Program-made: the position numbers and the translations under genes
Source: an uncultured virus (IMG/VR IMGVR_UViG_3300023231_000362)
Lineage: Duplodnaviria; Heunggongvirae; Uroviricota; Caudoviricetes
Strand: one strand, 5' to 3'
DNA: 64,000 nt
Virus record (IMG/VR): IMGVR_UViG_3300023231_000362
Shown: positions 10,737-19,821 of the stretch, one piece after another
How positions within the stretch are numbered: the stretch's first letter is position 1
Layout: each line of letters starts with the position of its first letter
The notes under the pieces: generated by a model
Told to the model about the DNA's origin: nothing
Databases searched by the model: none
Seen by the model: the letters and a program-made list of their open reading frames with translations, nothing else

Positions 10737-10995
10737 CGAGGTTGTTACAGAAGGCTGGAAAGATCTAGCATCACAGTTTGCTGGCGGACTTGCTGGAAAA
10801 TCCGCTGACACTGTTAATTATGAAAAACAGAAAGCAGGAACAGAAAATGCAGAAAAAGAAAGAATACAAAAAGCGGCTAGAGAAAAAGGCATGTCAGTGC
10901 CACAATACCTAGATTGGCTTAAAAAACAAGCAACAGCACAGGGTAGTAGTATTAGTCTTGACACTAATATTTCTGCCGCAAAAAAGGCGCATTAA
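10726..10995 (+). CDS. Putative internal head protein
   Basis: MKVNEVVTE leader; QFAGGLAGKSA motif shared with the next ORF. Confidence 0.55.
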   Translation: MKVNEVVTEGWKDLASQFAGGLAGKSADTVNYEKQKAGTENAEKERIQKAAREKGMSVPQYLDWLKKQATAQGSSISLDTNISAAKKAH

Positions 10996-11585
10996 TGAAA
11001 GTTAAAGAATTATTTGAGGCAGGGTTGTGGGCACAAATCGCAGGTGGTTTGGCAGGCAAAAGTGCTGGGCAAATTGATCGTGAAGAGCGATCCTATACAA
11101 AACAACAAAAAGCAAACCAAACTGCACAACAGTCAGTAACTAATACGCCTGTACAACAAAAAGCAAACCAAACTGCACAACAGTCTCCTGCACAACTTAA
11201 TGCAAATTTAGATGCTAAAATAGCGTATGCAAAGTCTAGAGGCTGGATTGGATCGAGGCCTACTAATCAGGATAAAGCATATCTTGACAGTGTGGATGTT
11301 GATATAGATCCAAACAGATTTAACAACGTTGATCCTAAAACATTTTTTATACCACACCAACCTCTTCATGTAAAATCCGCCCTGGACGAATTTTCTGTAT
11401 CAACAGTTGAACTTAACAGGGCGTTGGGATTTAAGCATCAAGAAGAATTTAAAGGATACTCTACTATAACACTTACACCAGCAGGTTGGTACTCTGTAAA
11501 CAGACAAGCATATATTAACCCTAACAGTAAAGCACAGACTGTGATTGACATGTTCTATAATAGAAGCAAGGGCGGAACACGATGA
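10995..11585 (+). CDS. Putative internal head protein
   Basis: MKVKELFE leader; QIAGGLAGKSA. Confidence 0.55.
   Translation: MKVKELFEAGLWAQIAGGLAGKSAGQIDREERSYTKQQKANQTAQQSVTNTPVQQKANQTAQQSPAQLNANLDAKIAYAKSRGWIGSRPTNQDKAYLDSVDVDIDPNRFNNVDPKTFFIPHQPLHVKSALDEFSVSTVELNRALGFKHQEEFKGYSTITLTPAGWYSVNRQAYINPNSKAQTVIDMFYNRSKGGTR
11102..11185 (+). repeat. 33-bp exact direct repeat (QQKANQTAQQS twice)
   Basis: 11102-11134 is identical to 11153-11185. Confidence 0.9.
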
Positions 11586-12280
11586 TATCAGAAGGTGGTA
11601 AAGCAATTCCTTCAGCACTGCCAGTTACACTTAAGAACTTTGATGCTGTTAAGAAGAACTTACAAAAGGCGTTACCACTTGGTATAGACATGTACGCTAT
11701 TGGTTCAGCAGGCAAGAAAGAAGTTAGCAGTGACGTTGATGTTCTTATTGATGCCGAACAGTTACTAGACATATTTCCGTTAGATGACTTAAAACTAGCT
11801 AGACAAGCATTGGAAAAACATTTCCAAAACATGGGGCTAGAAGCAAAACGCACTGGTGTTAGTATACACGTTGGCGTACCTAACGGTGAAGGCGGTGTGG
11901 CACAAGTAGACTTAATGGCAGTTAATAATGCACAAGCGGCACAGCCATTGCATACACATGATTATACTGATCCCAACATGAAAGGTGGGACACTACATGC
12001 TATGTGGGCAGACCTAGCAAACATGAGTGCGACACCTGAAGCAGAAAGTTTAATGATGAGTCCATACAAAGGACTAGTTAACAGGGAAACTAAGGAATTG
12101 GTCTCCAACAACAAAGATGAAATAGCAAAGATTATTATTGGTCCCAGTGCCACAGCAGACGACATGGGCAATCCCACAAAGTTACTAAAGGCATTGGAGC
12201 CCTATCCTAAAAAGTACGACGCAATTAAAAACAAATACATGGCAACAGAGTGGAATCAAAAATGGCAGAACCTACAGTAG
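11582..12280 (+). CDS. Pol-beta-superfamily nucleotidyltransferase
   Basis: IGSAGK...SDVDV...QVDLM (GS, DxD and third Asp). Confidence 0.75.
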   Translation: MISEGGKAIPSALPVTLKNFDAVKKNLQKALPLGIDMYAIGSAGKKEVSSDVDVLIDAEQLLDIFPLDDLKLARQALEKHFQNMGLEAKRTGVSIHVGVPNGEGGVAQVDLMAVNNAQAAQPLHTHDYTDPNMKGGTLHAMWADLANMSATPEAESLMMSPYKGLVNRETKELVSNNKDEIAKIIIGPSATADDMGNPTKLLKALEPYPKKYDAIKNKYMATEWNQKWQNLQ

Positions 12281-13377
12281 GCAGAAAGTATCAACACATT
12301 GAAGATCTGGTATTCACTAACGGCAGTCGTGGTGGACTACATGCTGTTGGGCGTCTTAAAGACATGCAAGAGTCCGGCGGTATAGAAATAAAGTGGGACG
12401 GAATGCCTGTAGTGTACTGGGGAGAAGTTCACGGTAAGTTTACGGTTCTGATGAAGAATGCTCTTGCATACCTTAAGCGTGGTGTGAGAGAGGTTGGTGC
12501 AGGTATCCCTACACTGGCAACAGGACCGCAGGATGTAACAGACTTCGTAGCAGGTACAGGTAAGATTAAACCAGAACAACAAGATGCTAGACAGGCACTT
12601 GCTAAAGACATGGGTGCATTATGGCCTTACTTACGTAACGCAAGTCCTAAAAAGGGACTAGTGGAAGGTGGGTTATTGTTCCATCCAGGAAAGCCTGCTG
12701 TGTTAAACAAAGCAACAAACGAATACGAGTTCCAACCTAATGTAACAAAGTTTCATATTCCAGCAGACAGCAATTTAGGCAAGCGTATTGCTACTGCAAC
12801 AATCATGGTAGCGATTACTGGATACCAAGAAGACATAATGTCGCCTGAAGGTCGTCTGGATAATGTAGAGAAGTTAAGCACACCGGATGTCATTGTACAA
12901 GGCACAGCGTATACTGAAGAAAAACCTAAACTTGACGACAAAGGGTTAGGTATTGTGGAACGTTATATTAGCAGTAATGCCAGTAAAATAGATGACTTTA
13001 TTGGTGGCCAGTCAGGATTAAAAAGACCAGGCGATGTGTTATATAAGTTCTACAATCAGTCGCTTAGAATACCAGGTGCAAAGAAAGGTTTTACAGACTG
13101 GGTACAAAATAACTTAAGTGCTGAGCAAGCACAAAAAGTTTTAAACCATCCTGGATTAGACGCTACGCTTAACGCAGTTGAAATGATAACAGGACAAAAG
13201 AATCTGGTATTACAGCAGTTAGGGTCAGCAACACACGGTGATATCAGACAGACTAAACCAGAAGGTTATGTGCAAGCTCATCCAGGTAAAGAGTTTAAGG
13301 CTGACTTACCGGGACAGTTTATTAAAATGATTGATCAACCGACTTGGACGCCTAACAGAGGCTTTAAAGATAAGTAG
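12262..13377 (+). CDS. Ligase/capping-type covalent nucleotidyltransferase-like protein
   Basis: EIKWDG (motif I), VEGGLLF, PEGYV, FIK. Confidence 0.65.
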   Translation: MAEPTVGRKYQHIEDLVFTNGSRGGLHAVGRLKDMQESGGIEIKWDGMPVVYWGEVHGKFTVLMKNALAYLKRGVREVGAGIPTLATGPQDVTDFVAGTGKIKPEQQDARQALAKDMGALWPYLRNASPKKGLVEGGLLFHPGKPAVLNKATNEYEFQPNVTKFHIPADSNLGKRIATATIMVAITGYQEDIMSPEGRLDNVEKLSTPDVIVQGTAYTEEKPKLDDKGLGIVERYISSNASKIDDFIGGQSGLKRPGDVLYKFYNQSLRIPGAKKGFTDWVQNNLSAEQAQKVLNHPGLDATLNAVEMITGQKNLVLQQLGSATHGDIRQTKPEGYVQAHPGKEFKADLPGQFIKMIDQPTWTPNRGFKDK

Positions 13378-13381
13378 TACT

Positions 13382-13972
13382 ATGAGAGCAAAAGAAATAT
13401 TAAGAGAAGCACCAGAACAACGTGTAGCCTTTAGTTGGGGTAGGTTTCAGCCACCACACTTAGGACACGCAGAGGTGTTTAAGAAACTGGAGTCAGTAGG
13501 AAACTATGGTTTCTGGATAGGCACGGGACAAACAACCGATCCTAAAAAGAATCCATTGCAGTATGCAGACAAAGTTGCTATACTGAAACAGATGTTTCCT
13601 GGGCACAGCGACAACATATTATCTGACCCCAGTATTAAGACAGTATACAATGCTATTGTAGCAATATATAACAAATACGATCCCAAAGAAGCAGAGAACA
13701 TTACTTTAGTTTTTGTTGGTGATCCAGAAAGAATTAACGACTTCGTTGGTAGTTTTAAAAAGTTTAATGGTGTTGAAGCACGTCATGGTTATTACAAGTT
13801 TAAAGATGTAACCGGATTTGCTAACACCGATAAAGGTGATGTGAGAGCAACAGATGTTCGAGGTGCAGTGCAGGCTAAGGACATGACAAAATTTCAACAA
13901 CTTACTGGTTTAACTGGTGAGTTGGCTCAGACAGTTTTTAACAAGGTAGCAAAGGGAATGGGCGTTGTTTGA
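13382..13972 (+). CDS. HxGH cytidylyl/adenylyltransferase-family protein
   Basis: GRFQPPHLGH, KNPL, GDPER, RATDVR. Confidence 0.85.
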   Translation: MRAKEILREAPEQRVAFSWGRFQPPHLGHAEVFKKLESVGNYGFWIGTGQTTDPKKNPLQYADKVAILKQMFPGHSDNILSDPSIKTVYNAIVAIYNKYDPKEAENITLVFVGDPERINDFVGSFKKFNGVEARHGYYKFKDVTGFANTDKGDVRATDVRGAVQAKDMTKFQQLTGLTGELAQTVFNKVAKGMGVV

Positions 13973-14522
13973 CTTTATTCAAGAATTAAATGAAAGCAGG
14001 ATTTTTAGGTACGAACACGACTTCGAGGGGATGTCTGCTCGTGACCTAGGTCATCTACTGTATCAAATTGTTATGATGTTGGAAATTATTAGACATTATG
14101 ACAAAAACTGGGTTAAACAGTATGCTAAGAAGACATATCAGTTTGGGGGGTTTCCAGGAATGAAGGCTGCCCAAACTGATATGTACAATCTTATAAGTGT
14201 TGTTAATAACCAAGACAAATATGACACGTATTTAAAGACTGACAAGTCAGTGTATGTTCCTGACTTTGGCATCAAACGTTATTTGTTAGACATTATTAAC
14301 GATAATAGACACATCACCAGAGACAGAGCACTATTCACTAAACTAGAAGACACATTAAAAGTACAGGATAGTGCTCTTAAAAACATCAGACGCTTAGTAA
14401 GTTACTGGGACAACTACAGTGACGCACAAAAGAAAACAACAGTAGTAAATCTTAGACAGAACGTTCGTTCTGACACTCCTTATATTGACGTATACTGGTC
14501 AAAATTTAAAGAACTAGCATAA
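13965..14522 (+). CDS. Hypothetical phage protein
   Basis: 185-aa ORF in the operon; FIQELNE leader. Confidence 0.7.
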   Translation: MFDFIQELNESRIFRYEHDFEGMSARDLGHLLYQIVMMLEIIRHYDKNWVKQYAKKTYQFGGFPGMKAAQTDMYNLISVVNNQDKYDTYLKTDKSVYVPDFGIKRYLLDIINDNRHITRDRALFTKLEDTLKVQDSALKNIRRLVSYWDNYSDAQKKTTVVNLRQNVRSDTPYIDVYWSKFKELA

Positions 14523-14573
14523 ATAATAGTAAGTTAGCGAACAGGCTAATAATAAAATTTAAGGAGTTTTAAA

Positions 14574-15032
14574 ATGGCAGACGTAACAAGAGTACATGGT
14601 AACGCACATGGTGTGGTTCATCAGGACAGAGGCCTCTCTGGTAGTGGAGCATTAAGTGGTGACGAGTTAGTAGTTAACATTGGTAGAAGTGCTAAGTTCT
14701 TTGGAATCGTTATTTACAACGCATCTGGATCAGGCGGCGCAGGTAATGTCGATCTACAAAACGAATTAGACGCTGGCGAATCAGTTGAAGCAATTCTTAA
14801 AGCAGTTGCGGCATCTACCGTTTCTAGCGTACAATACGGTGGTGAGATTTTAGCATATCAGGTACAAGACGATGCTAACGGTCAAATCAGCGTTATGGTT
14901 GCTGGTTCAAATTGGACAGGCGCAACATTGCAAACAGCAATTCGTGCATTAGGCGCAACAGTTGGTGGCAATTCAAAAGACGTAACAGGCACACTCGTAA
15001 CAGATACAGGCATGAAGTTAGCACTATCATAA
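14574..15032 (+). CDS. Putative virion structural or decoration protein (paralog 1)
   Basis: TAAATA promoter, AAGGAG SD, own terminator; MADVTRVHG start. Confidence 0.65.
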   Translation: MADVTRVHGNAHGVVHQDRGLSGSGALSGDELVVNIGRSAKFFGIVIYNASGSGGAGNVDLQNELDAGESVEAILKAVAASTVSSVQYGGEILAYQVQDDANGQISVMVAGSNWTGATLQTAIRALGATVGGNSKDVTGTLVTDTGMKLALS

Positions 15033-15050
15033 TTTAGAGTTTTAGTAACT

Positions 15051-15085
15051 TAAAAAAGGGCGCATATTATTTGCGCCTTTTTTTT
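15051..15085. terminator. Intrinsic terminator
   Basis: aaaaaagggcgca-tattatt-tgcgcctttttttt. Confidence 0.8.
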
Positions 15086-15093
15086 ATAACCAG

Positions 15094-15101
15094 TATAAAT
15101 A
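15094..15101 (+). promoter_or_regulatory. T4-like late promoter
   Basis: TATAAATA. Confidence 0.7.
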
Positions 15102-15131
15102 CTACAAATACATTTAATTAAGGAGTGACAA

Positions 15132-15563
15132 ATGGCAGATTTAACAAGAGTACACGGTAGCCCATCAGGTAACGTGTCATATGACAGATCAGTAGCAAAC
15201 GTTGGTAACATCTCAGCAGACGAACTAGTAGATGTTGTAGGTCGTAAGTTAGACTTTTTCAAAATTGTTATTCAAAACGGTTCTAGTACTAACCAAGACT
15301 TGCGTTCAGAAATGGGACCTAACGAGTGTGTAGAAAAAGTTTTACAAATTATCCAAAACTACACAGACGGTACTAACGAAGGAACTGCAACTCTCGTAGC
15401 ATATCAGGTAGAAGGCGACGACACAGGACAAATCAGTGTTGCAGTTGAAGGTTCTAGCTGGACAGCGTCAGCATTGCAGGCGTCCATTCGTGCTACTACA
15501 ACATTGAACTCAATCAATGTTACAGGTACAGACGTTACAGCACCTGGGTTAGATTTAGCATAA
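15132..15563 (+). CDS. Putative virion structural or decoration protein (paralog 2)
   Basis: MADLTRVHG...AYQV...GQISV...W; clearly similar to 14574..15032. Confidence 0.65.
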   Translation: MADLTRVHGSPSGNVSYDRSVANVGNISADELVDVVGRKLDFFKIVIQNGSSTNQDLRSEMGPNECVEKVLQIIQNYTDGTNEGTATLVAYQVEGDDTGQISVAVEGSSWTASALQASIRATTTLNSINVTGTDVTAPGLDLA

Positions 15564-15584
15564 TACTAAATTAACACTATAAAT

Positions 15585-15615
15585 AAAAAGGCATACATTT
15601 TGTGTGCCTTTTTTT
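15585..15615. terminator. Intrinsic terminator
   Basis: aaaaaggcatac-atttt-gtgtgccttttttt. Confidence 0.75.
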
Positions 15616-16032
15616 ATGCACTGTCAAAGTTTACATAGAGATTTAAGAATACAGCAAGTGCCCTTAACACAATTAAGTTCACTTTTTATACACCCCAACG
15701 AACGTTTTAAATGGAAGGTTCTCCCAACGATGCGGGATCAAGGTATGTATTACCCATTAGCAGTGTGTAAGATAACAACGGAGTTGTTTAGTAAACAATT
15801 CTGGGGTAAACTTAAAGTAGATCCTGTAGTAAACGAGGATAATTTAGTCTGGGCAATTAAAATGGGAGCTAATAGATATGATGCCGCCCTTCATCTTGGA
15901 TATACATCTATAGATGTAATTATACATCCCAATCTAAATGATTGTATTACCTGGGACCGTTACTTTAAGTATGTTAATCCTTTATTCAATAAAGATCCTG
16001 AGCCTTACCAGGCAAAGTTTACATATGAGTAA
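15616..16032 (+). CDS. ParB/Srx-like small protein
   Basis: GMYYPLAV...GANRYDAALHLGY. Confidence 0.45.
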   Translation: MHCQSLHRDLRIQQVPLTQLSSLFIHPNERFKWKVLPTMRDQGMYYPLAVCKITTELFSKQFWGKLKVDPVVNEDNLVWAIKMGANRYDAALHLGYTSIDVIIHPNLNDCITWDRYFKYVNPLFNKDPEPYQAKFTYE

Positions 16033-16531
16033 AATACACGGTCATAGTGCAGGCAGTGTGGAAGGCAGAGGCAGTTGTGTAATTGATTGTTATACACTAG
16101 TGGATATGACTAGAACAGGCGTAGTAGCATACTACAAAGAAGGCATGCCTATGTTCAATGATGATGCAGATCAACTAATTAATGACGAGAAGTCCTGGAT
16201 TAGAAGCCGTAATCAACAACGTAACTACGAAACCTGCATACAAGTAATTAGTTTAAGGGCCCAACCTGTGTATCTGGAAGATCCTAAACGATTGCGTAAA
16301 CAGGACATGTCGCTCTATAATTTTACTGATATCACAGGCACCCACGACATCTGGCATTTTAGTTTTAGTCCAGAACAGCCGGATGTATACAGAATAGGTG
16401 ACGATCCTGTTGCCGCTCTTAATAATGATACACACAATATACCTATAATAACTGGTTTACACGAAACAGCAGTAGTAGAAATACCCATACTACATATAGG
16501 TATAAATATATATTACAAACTCAGGTGGTAA
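16025..16531 (+). CDS. Hypothetical phage protein
   Basis: Likely start MSKIHG at 16025. Confidence 0.65.
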   Translation: MSKIHGHSAGSVEGRGSCVIDCYTLVDMTRTGVVAYYKEGMPMFNDDADQLINDEKSWIRSRNQQRNYETCIQVISLRAQPVYLEDPKRLRKQDMSLYNFTDITGTHDIWHFSFSPEQPDVYRIGDDPVAALNNDTHNIPIITGLHETAVVEIPILHIGINIYYKLRW

Positions 16532-16636
16532 AAGGAATAAATACTTGGGTAATAAACGGCACATATACTAGGCACTCACTACTCTGGCACTATCAACAGG
16601 CATAGCTCTATCAGTTTTAACTTACATAGGAAGAGA

Positions 16637-16927
16637 GTGGTGACAATTAAACAACAAACAATCGAGAAGAAAAATCTTTCCGCCCACGTAGATTTATGTG
16701 CCGAAAGGTACAAAGAATTGAACATTAATTTTAAAATCCTAGAGAACCGATTAGATTCTTTATCTACCCACTTGTTGGGTCTGAAAGAGGACATGAATAA
16801 GGTCACAGCCCGCATTAATAACCGCATCTTAACTATTGCAGGTACTACTATTGCTGTTATGACCACTGCTGTTATAGCCTTAGTGCTGAAACTAATTGAT
16901 GTTATTTCAATCATGCCTGTATCCTAA
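16637..16927 (+). CDS. Coiled-coil protein with C-terminal transmembrane helix
   Basis: LSAHVDLCAERY, heptad pattern, hydrophobic tail. Confidence 0.65.
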   Translation: MVTIKQQTIEKKNLSAHVDLCAERYKELNINFKILENRLDSLSTHLLGLKEDMNKVTARINNRILTIAGTTIAVMTTAVIALVLKLIDVISIMPVS

Positions 16928-16929
16928 AT

Positions 16930-17406
16930 GTGAAAACTCAAACAGCAATAAAACTTAAACAGTCAGCAAAAAAACTTAAACAGTTTACTACTAAGCATCT
17001 GCCAGATATATTATTCAATAGCCCTGATATAATTTGGGCCAAGGAAGATAATAGTCTTATGGTAGGAGAACTGCGTGTTTATAAGAATAAACACGGTACC
17101 TACTCAGTAAATCTAGCTGGTGGCAAGGTATGTAATTTCTATAAACAAAAACATGCGGTATGTTATGCCAGTTATTACCAACTATGCAACCTCAATCGCT
17201 GTAGTAATATTGCTATTTTAGACAGTAAATTAGAAAATTACACACAAGATGTAGAGTACTACAAACAACAACTAACACTACACTACAAAAACAACAATAA
17301 GGATAAGTTTTTGCTATACTATGCTAGATATAGTCAAGCTCTTCCAATCAAGAAACAAACCGAACAGGAATGTAAGAAAAGTATCTTTCTGGCTAAATAT
17401 AATTAA
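16930..17406 (+). CDS. Hypothetical protein
   Basis: 158-aa ORF in the operon. Confidence 0.65.
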   Translation: MKTQTAIKLKQSAKKLKQFTTKHLPDILFNSPDIIWAKEDNSLMVGELRVYKNKHGTYSVNLAGGKVCNFYKQKHAVCYASYYQLCNLNRCSNIAILDSKLENYTQDVEYYKQQLTLHYKNNNKDKFLLYYARYSQALPIKKQTEQECKKSIFLAKYN

Positions 17407-17423
17407 ATTTAGGAATTCTTAAT

Positions 17424-18056
17424 ATGCAACTTAACGACTTAAAGAGAAAAAACACAAAAAAAGTAATGGAAAGCAGATTTGGCTTTGCTGTTAACTTTGA
17501 TAGAATGACAGTGGAAAAAGCGGAAGGGTTGTTAGAAACAATTTCTTCTGGTATGGAGAACGTCCGTAACAGCAGTTCTTTCCACACAGCCGAAAAGAAC
17601 CCACGTTATATGGAACTTTTAATGGTTAAAGAGAGTCTAACTGACTGGTTAGATGACACAGTTGAAGTAGTGGTAGAAGGTGAAGTACAAACTGCTGAAG
17701 TTCTGTTAGCTGCCAAGGACATTACAGATAGATTACAAGGTATGGTAGAGGATTTGGGAGAAATTCTAAACGAAGATCTTCCACCATTAGGCGATAGCAT
17801 TAATGACCAGATGGGCGGAGGCAAAGGCACACAGTATGTTAATTCAGCAAGCGCCACAATCCAGGGGTTATTAGATGCAATGACGGCCGCACGAATGTCA
17901 TTAGACGATGCAAGTAAAATCGTTACTGGTGAAGGTCCTGATCCTGCAATGGCAGGTGAGATGCCCGTAGAAGAGCCTGCAATGGCAGATATGCCAGAAG
18001 AAGAGCCTATGATAGAGCCTGAAGAGGACGAGCCAGTCGGCAGAGAAATGCGCTAA
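17424..18056 (+). CDS. Acidic, possibly prohead core/scaffold-like protein
   Basis: TAAATA and SD upstream; helical with E/P-rich tail. Confidence 0.5.
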   Translation: MQLNDLKRKNTKKVMESRFGFAVNFDRMTVEKAEGLLETISSGMENVRNSSSFHTAEKNPRYMELLMVKESLTDWLDDTVEVVVEGEVQTAEVLLAAKDITDRLQGMVEDLGEILNEDLPPLGDSINDQMGGGKGTQYVNSASATIQGLLDAMTAARMSLDDASKIVTGEGPDPAMAGEMPVEEPAMADMPEEEPMIEPEEDEPVGREMR

Positions 18057-18403
18057 TGCGTTTTTCAGAGTTACATGAAGATCAACAGGAGCTAGTCTCA
18101 AAGCTGGCTTCTGTCCTTGAGTTCCTTAAAGGTCGATCTCAAGATAGCGGCTTACAGCCAAATATCACTTTAAACAGTCTAGTAAAAATGGTTGGCAATA
18201 CAGGAACACAAATTGATCCTAATACAATACAACAGTTGTTTAACGAGCCAACAATACGAAACCTAATTAAAAATATAGACGGTAACATGGTTACTCTTAA
18301 TTTAGATGGTGGAATGACCCAATTACAGCCTGGTGGTGGCAACATGCCTCCTGAGGTTAAAGTTAACCAAATGGCAAAAAGAGCATTGAGTCGTAGACAA
18401 TAA
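18056..18403 (+). CDS. Hypothetical phage protein
   Basis: MRFSELHE leader; TAATG coupling. Confidence 0.7.
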   Translation: MRFSELHEDQQELVSKLASVLEFLKGRSQDSGLQPNITLNSLVKMVGNTGTQIDPNTIQQLFNEPTIRNLIKNIDGNMVTLNLDGGMTQLQPGGGNMPPEVKVNQMAKRALSRRQ

Positions 18404-18420
18404 TCTGTTATAATACACAC

Positions 18421-18735
18421 ATGATTACATTTACCCCCCGAGCATACGATCACTTTTACAAGTACGTAAGTGATAATAAAACCCTACGAATAAGTTTTAA
18501 ACAACAAGGCTGTACTGGTTATAGTTATCAACTTGACTGGCTCGATCACATACCAGAAGGCTTCAAGGTTAGTAAGCAAGGTGATGTAACTTATACATGG
18601 GACCCTGTGCATGAAGACTGGCTTACCGGCACAACTGTAGACATGCAAGTTAAAGGTCTTAATAATTTATTAGTATTCCTAAACCCTAACGAAATAGCTA
18701 GTTGTGGGTGCGGGGAAAGTGTTACTTTTAAATAA
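18421..18735 (+). CDS. iscA: A-type Fe-S carrier (IscA/SufA/HesB family)
   Basis: GCTGYSY...NPN...SCGCGES; extended -10 TGTTATAAT upstream. Confidence 0.88.
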   Translation: MITFTPRAYDHFYKYVSDNKTLRISFKQQGCTGYSYQLDWLDHIPEGFKVSKQGDVTYTWDPVHEDWLTGTTVDMQVKGLNNLLVFLNPNEIASCGCGESVTFK

Positions 18736-18755
18736 ATACACTAAAGGATACTAGC

Positions 18756-19115
18756 ATGGCATTTTTACCAACATCAGCAAACGCAAGAGAACAATCGCAA
18801 GGCAACGCCGTAGTTGCTGGCGAGATTGCAATCTTAACACAGCGTGTACTAATCGCAATTAGTTCGGGTGTGTTTACTATTACTGCCACAAGTGCAACCA
18901 CTATTACTATTAACGGTACCACTATTACTGGCAGTGTAATGACCAACGCTGATGCAACAGGTAGAGAATATTACACAGCCTGGCAAGGCACAACGACAGA
19001 TGCAGTAAAAACCGAGCAGATGACAGAAGTTATCTCGCATTTTCAAAAACTAGGATATGCTATTGTCCGCAAATCAACAACAGGTACTGAGCTATATTGG
19101 CAAATGTCCTGGTAA
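18756..19115 (+). CDS. Putative structural protein
   Basis: TAAATA and AAGGA upstream; Thr/Ala-rich. Confidence 0.55.
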   Translation: MAFLPTSANAREQSQGNAVVAGEIAILTQRVLIAISSGVFTITATSATTITINGTTITGSVMTNADATGREYYTAWQGTTTDAVKTEQMTEVISHFQKLGYAIVRKSTTGTELYWQMSW

Positions 19116-19118
19116 TCG

Positions 19119-19793
19119 ATGATCACAGACCGATACGAATACGTAAGAATCAATAGAAAAAACATAGACGGAAAAAGACATTACCTCACACCAGAGGGAG
19201 ATGCTGTTCCATCTGTAACTACTGTTCTTGATAAAACTAAACCTGCTGAAAAAATGCAGGCACTAATGAACTGGCGAAAGCGTGTAGGTGAAACCAAAGC
19301 ACAACAGATAGTAACTGAAGCCGCCAACGTTGGTACAGTTCTACACAAAAAACTAGAAGAATACTGTTTAGGTACACTGGAAGCACCAGGTAGTAACCTT
19401 ATACAACAACAAGCAGACAAGATGGCTCGTGTGGTTATTGACACTGGGCTAACGGATATGAATGAGTGTTGGGGGGTAGAGGTTCCTTTGTACTACTCGG
19501 GGCTATATGCTGGCACAACAGACTGTGTGTGCATGTTTAAAGGTGAGCCTGCTGTCTTAGACTTTAAACAAACGAACAAGCCTAAAAAACGTGAATGGAT
19601 TGAGGATTACTTCCTGCAATTAAGTGCGTATATTTTAGCACACGACAAAACACACAACACCGAGATTAAACGTGGTGTGATTTTAATGTGTTCAAGAGAT
19701 TTAACCTACCAACAGTTTGAGATCGAAGGTGACGAACTAGAGTTCTGGAAACAGAAATGGTGGGATAGAGTAGAGCAATATTATAATAAATAA
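19119..19793 (+). CDS. PD-(D/E)xK exonuclease (Cas4/RecB-like phage nuclease)
   Basis: PSVTTVL, GTVLH, AGTTD, DFK, QLSAY. Confidence 0.85.
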   Translation: MITDRYEYVRINRKNIDGKRHYLTPEGDAVPSVTTVLDKTKPAEKMQALMNWRKRVGETKAQQIVTEAANVGTVLHKKLEEYCLGTLEAPGSNLIQQQADKMARVVIDTGLTDMNECWGVEVPLYYSGLYAGTTDCVCMFKGEPAVLDFKQTNKPKKREWIEDYFLQLSAYILAHDKTHNTEIKRGVILMCSRDLTYQQFEIEGDELEFWKQKWWDRVEQYYNK

Positions 19794-19821
19794 GTAAAAT
19801 ACATTAGTAAGGACTCCTAAC

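Noticed and set aside
19119..19793. Cas4-like nuclease as part of a CRISPR system
   Set aside because: No repeat-spacer array or other cas genes seen; this is a common stand-alone phage exonuclease
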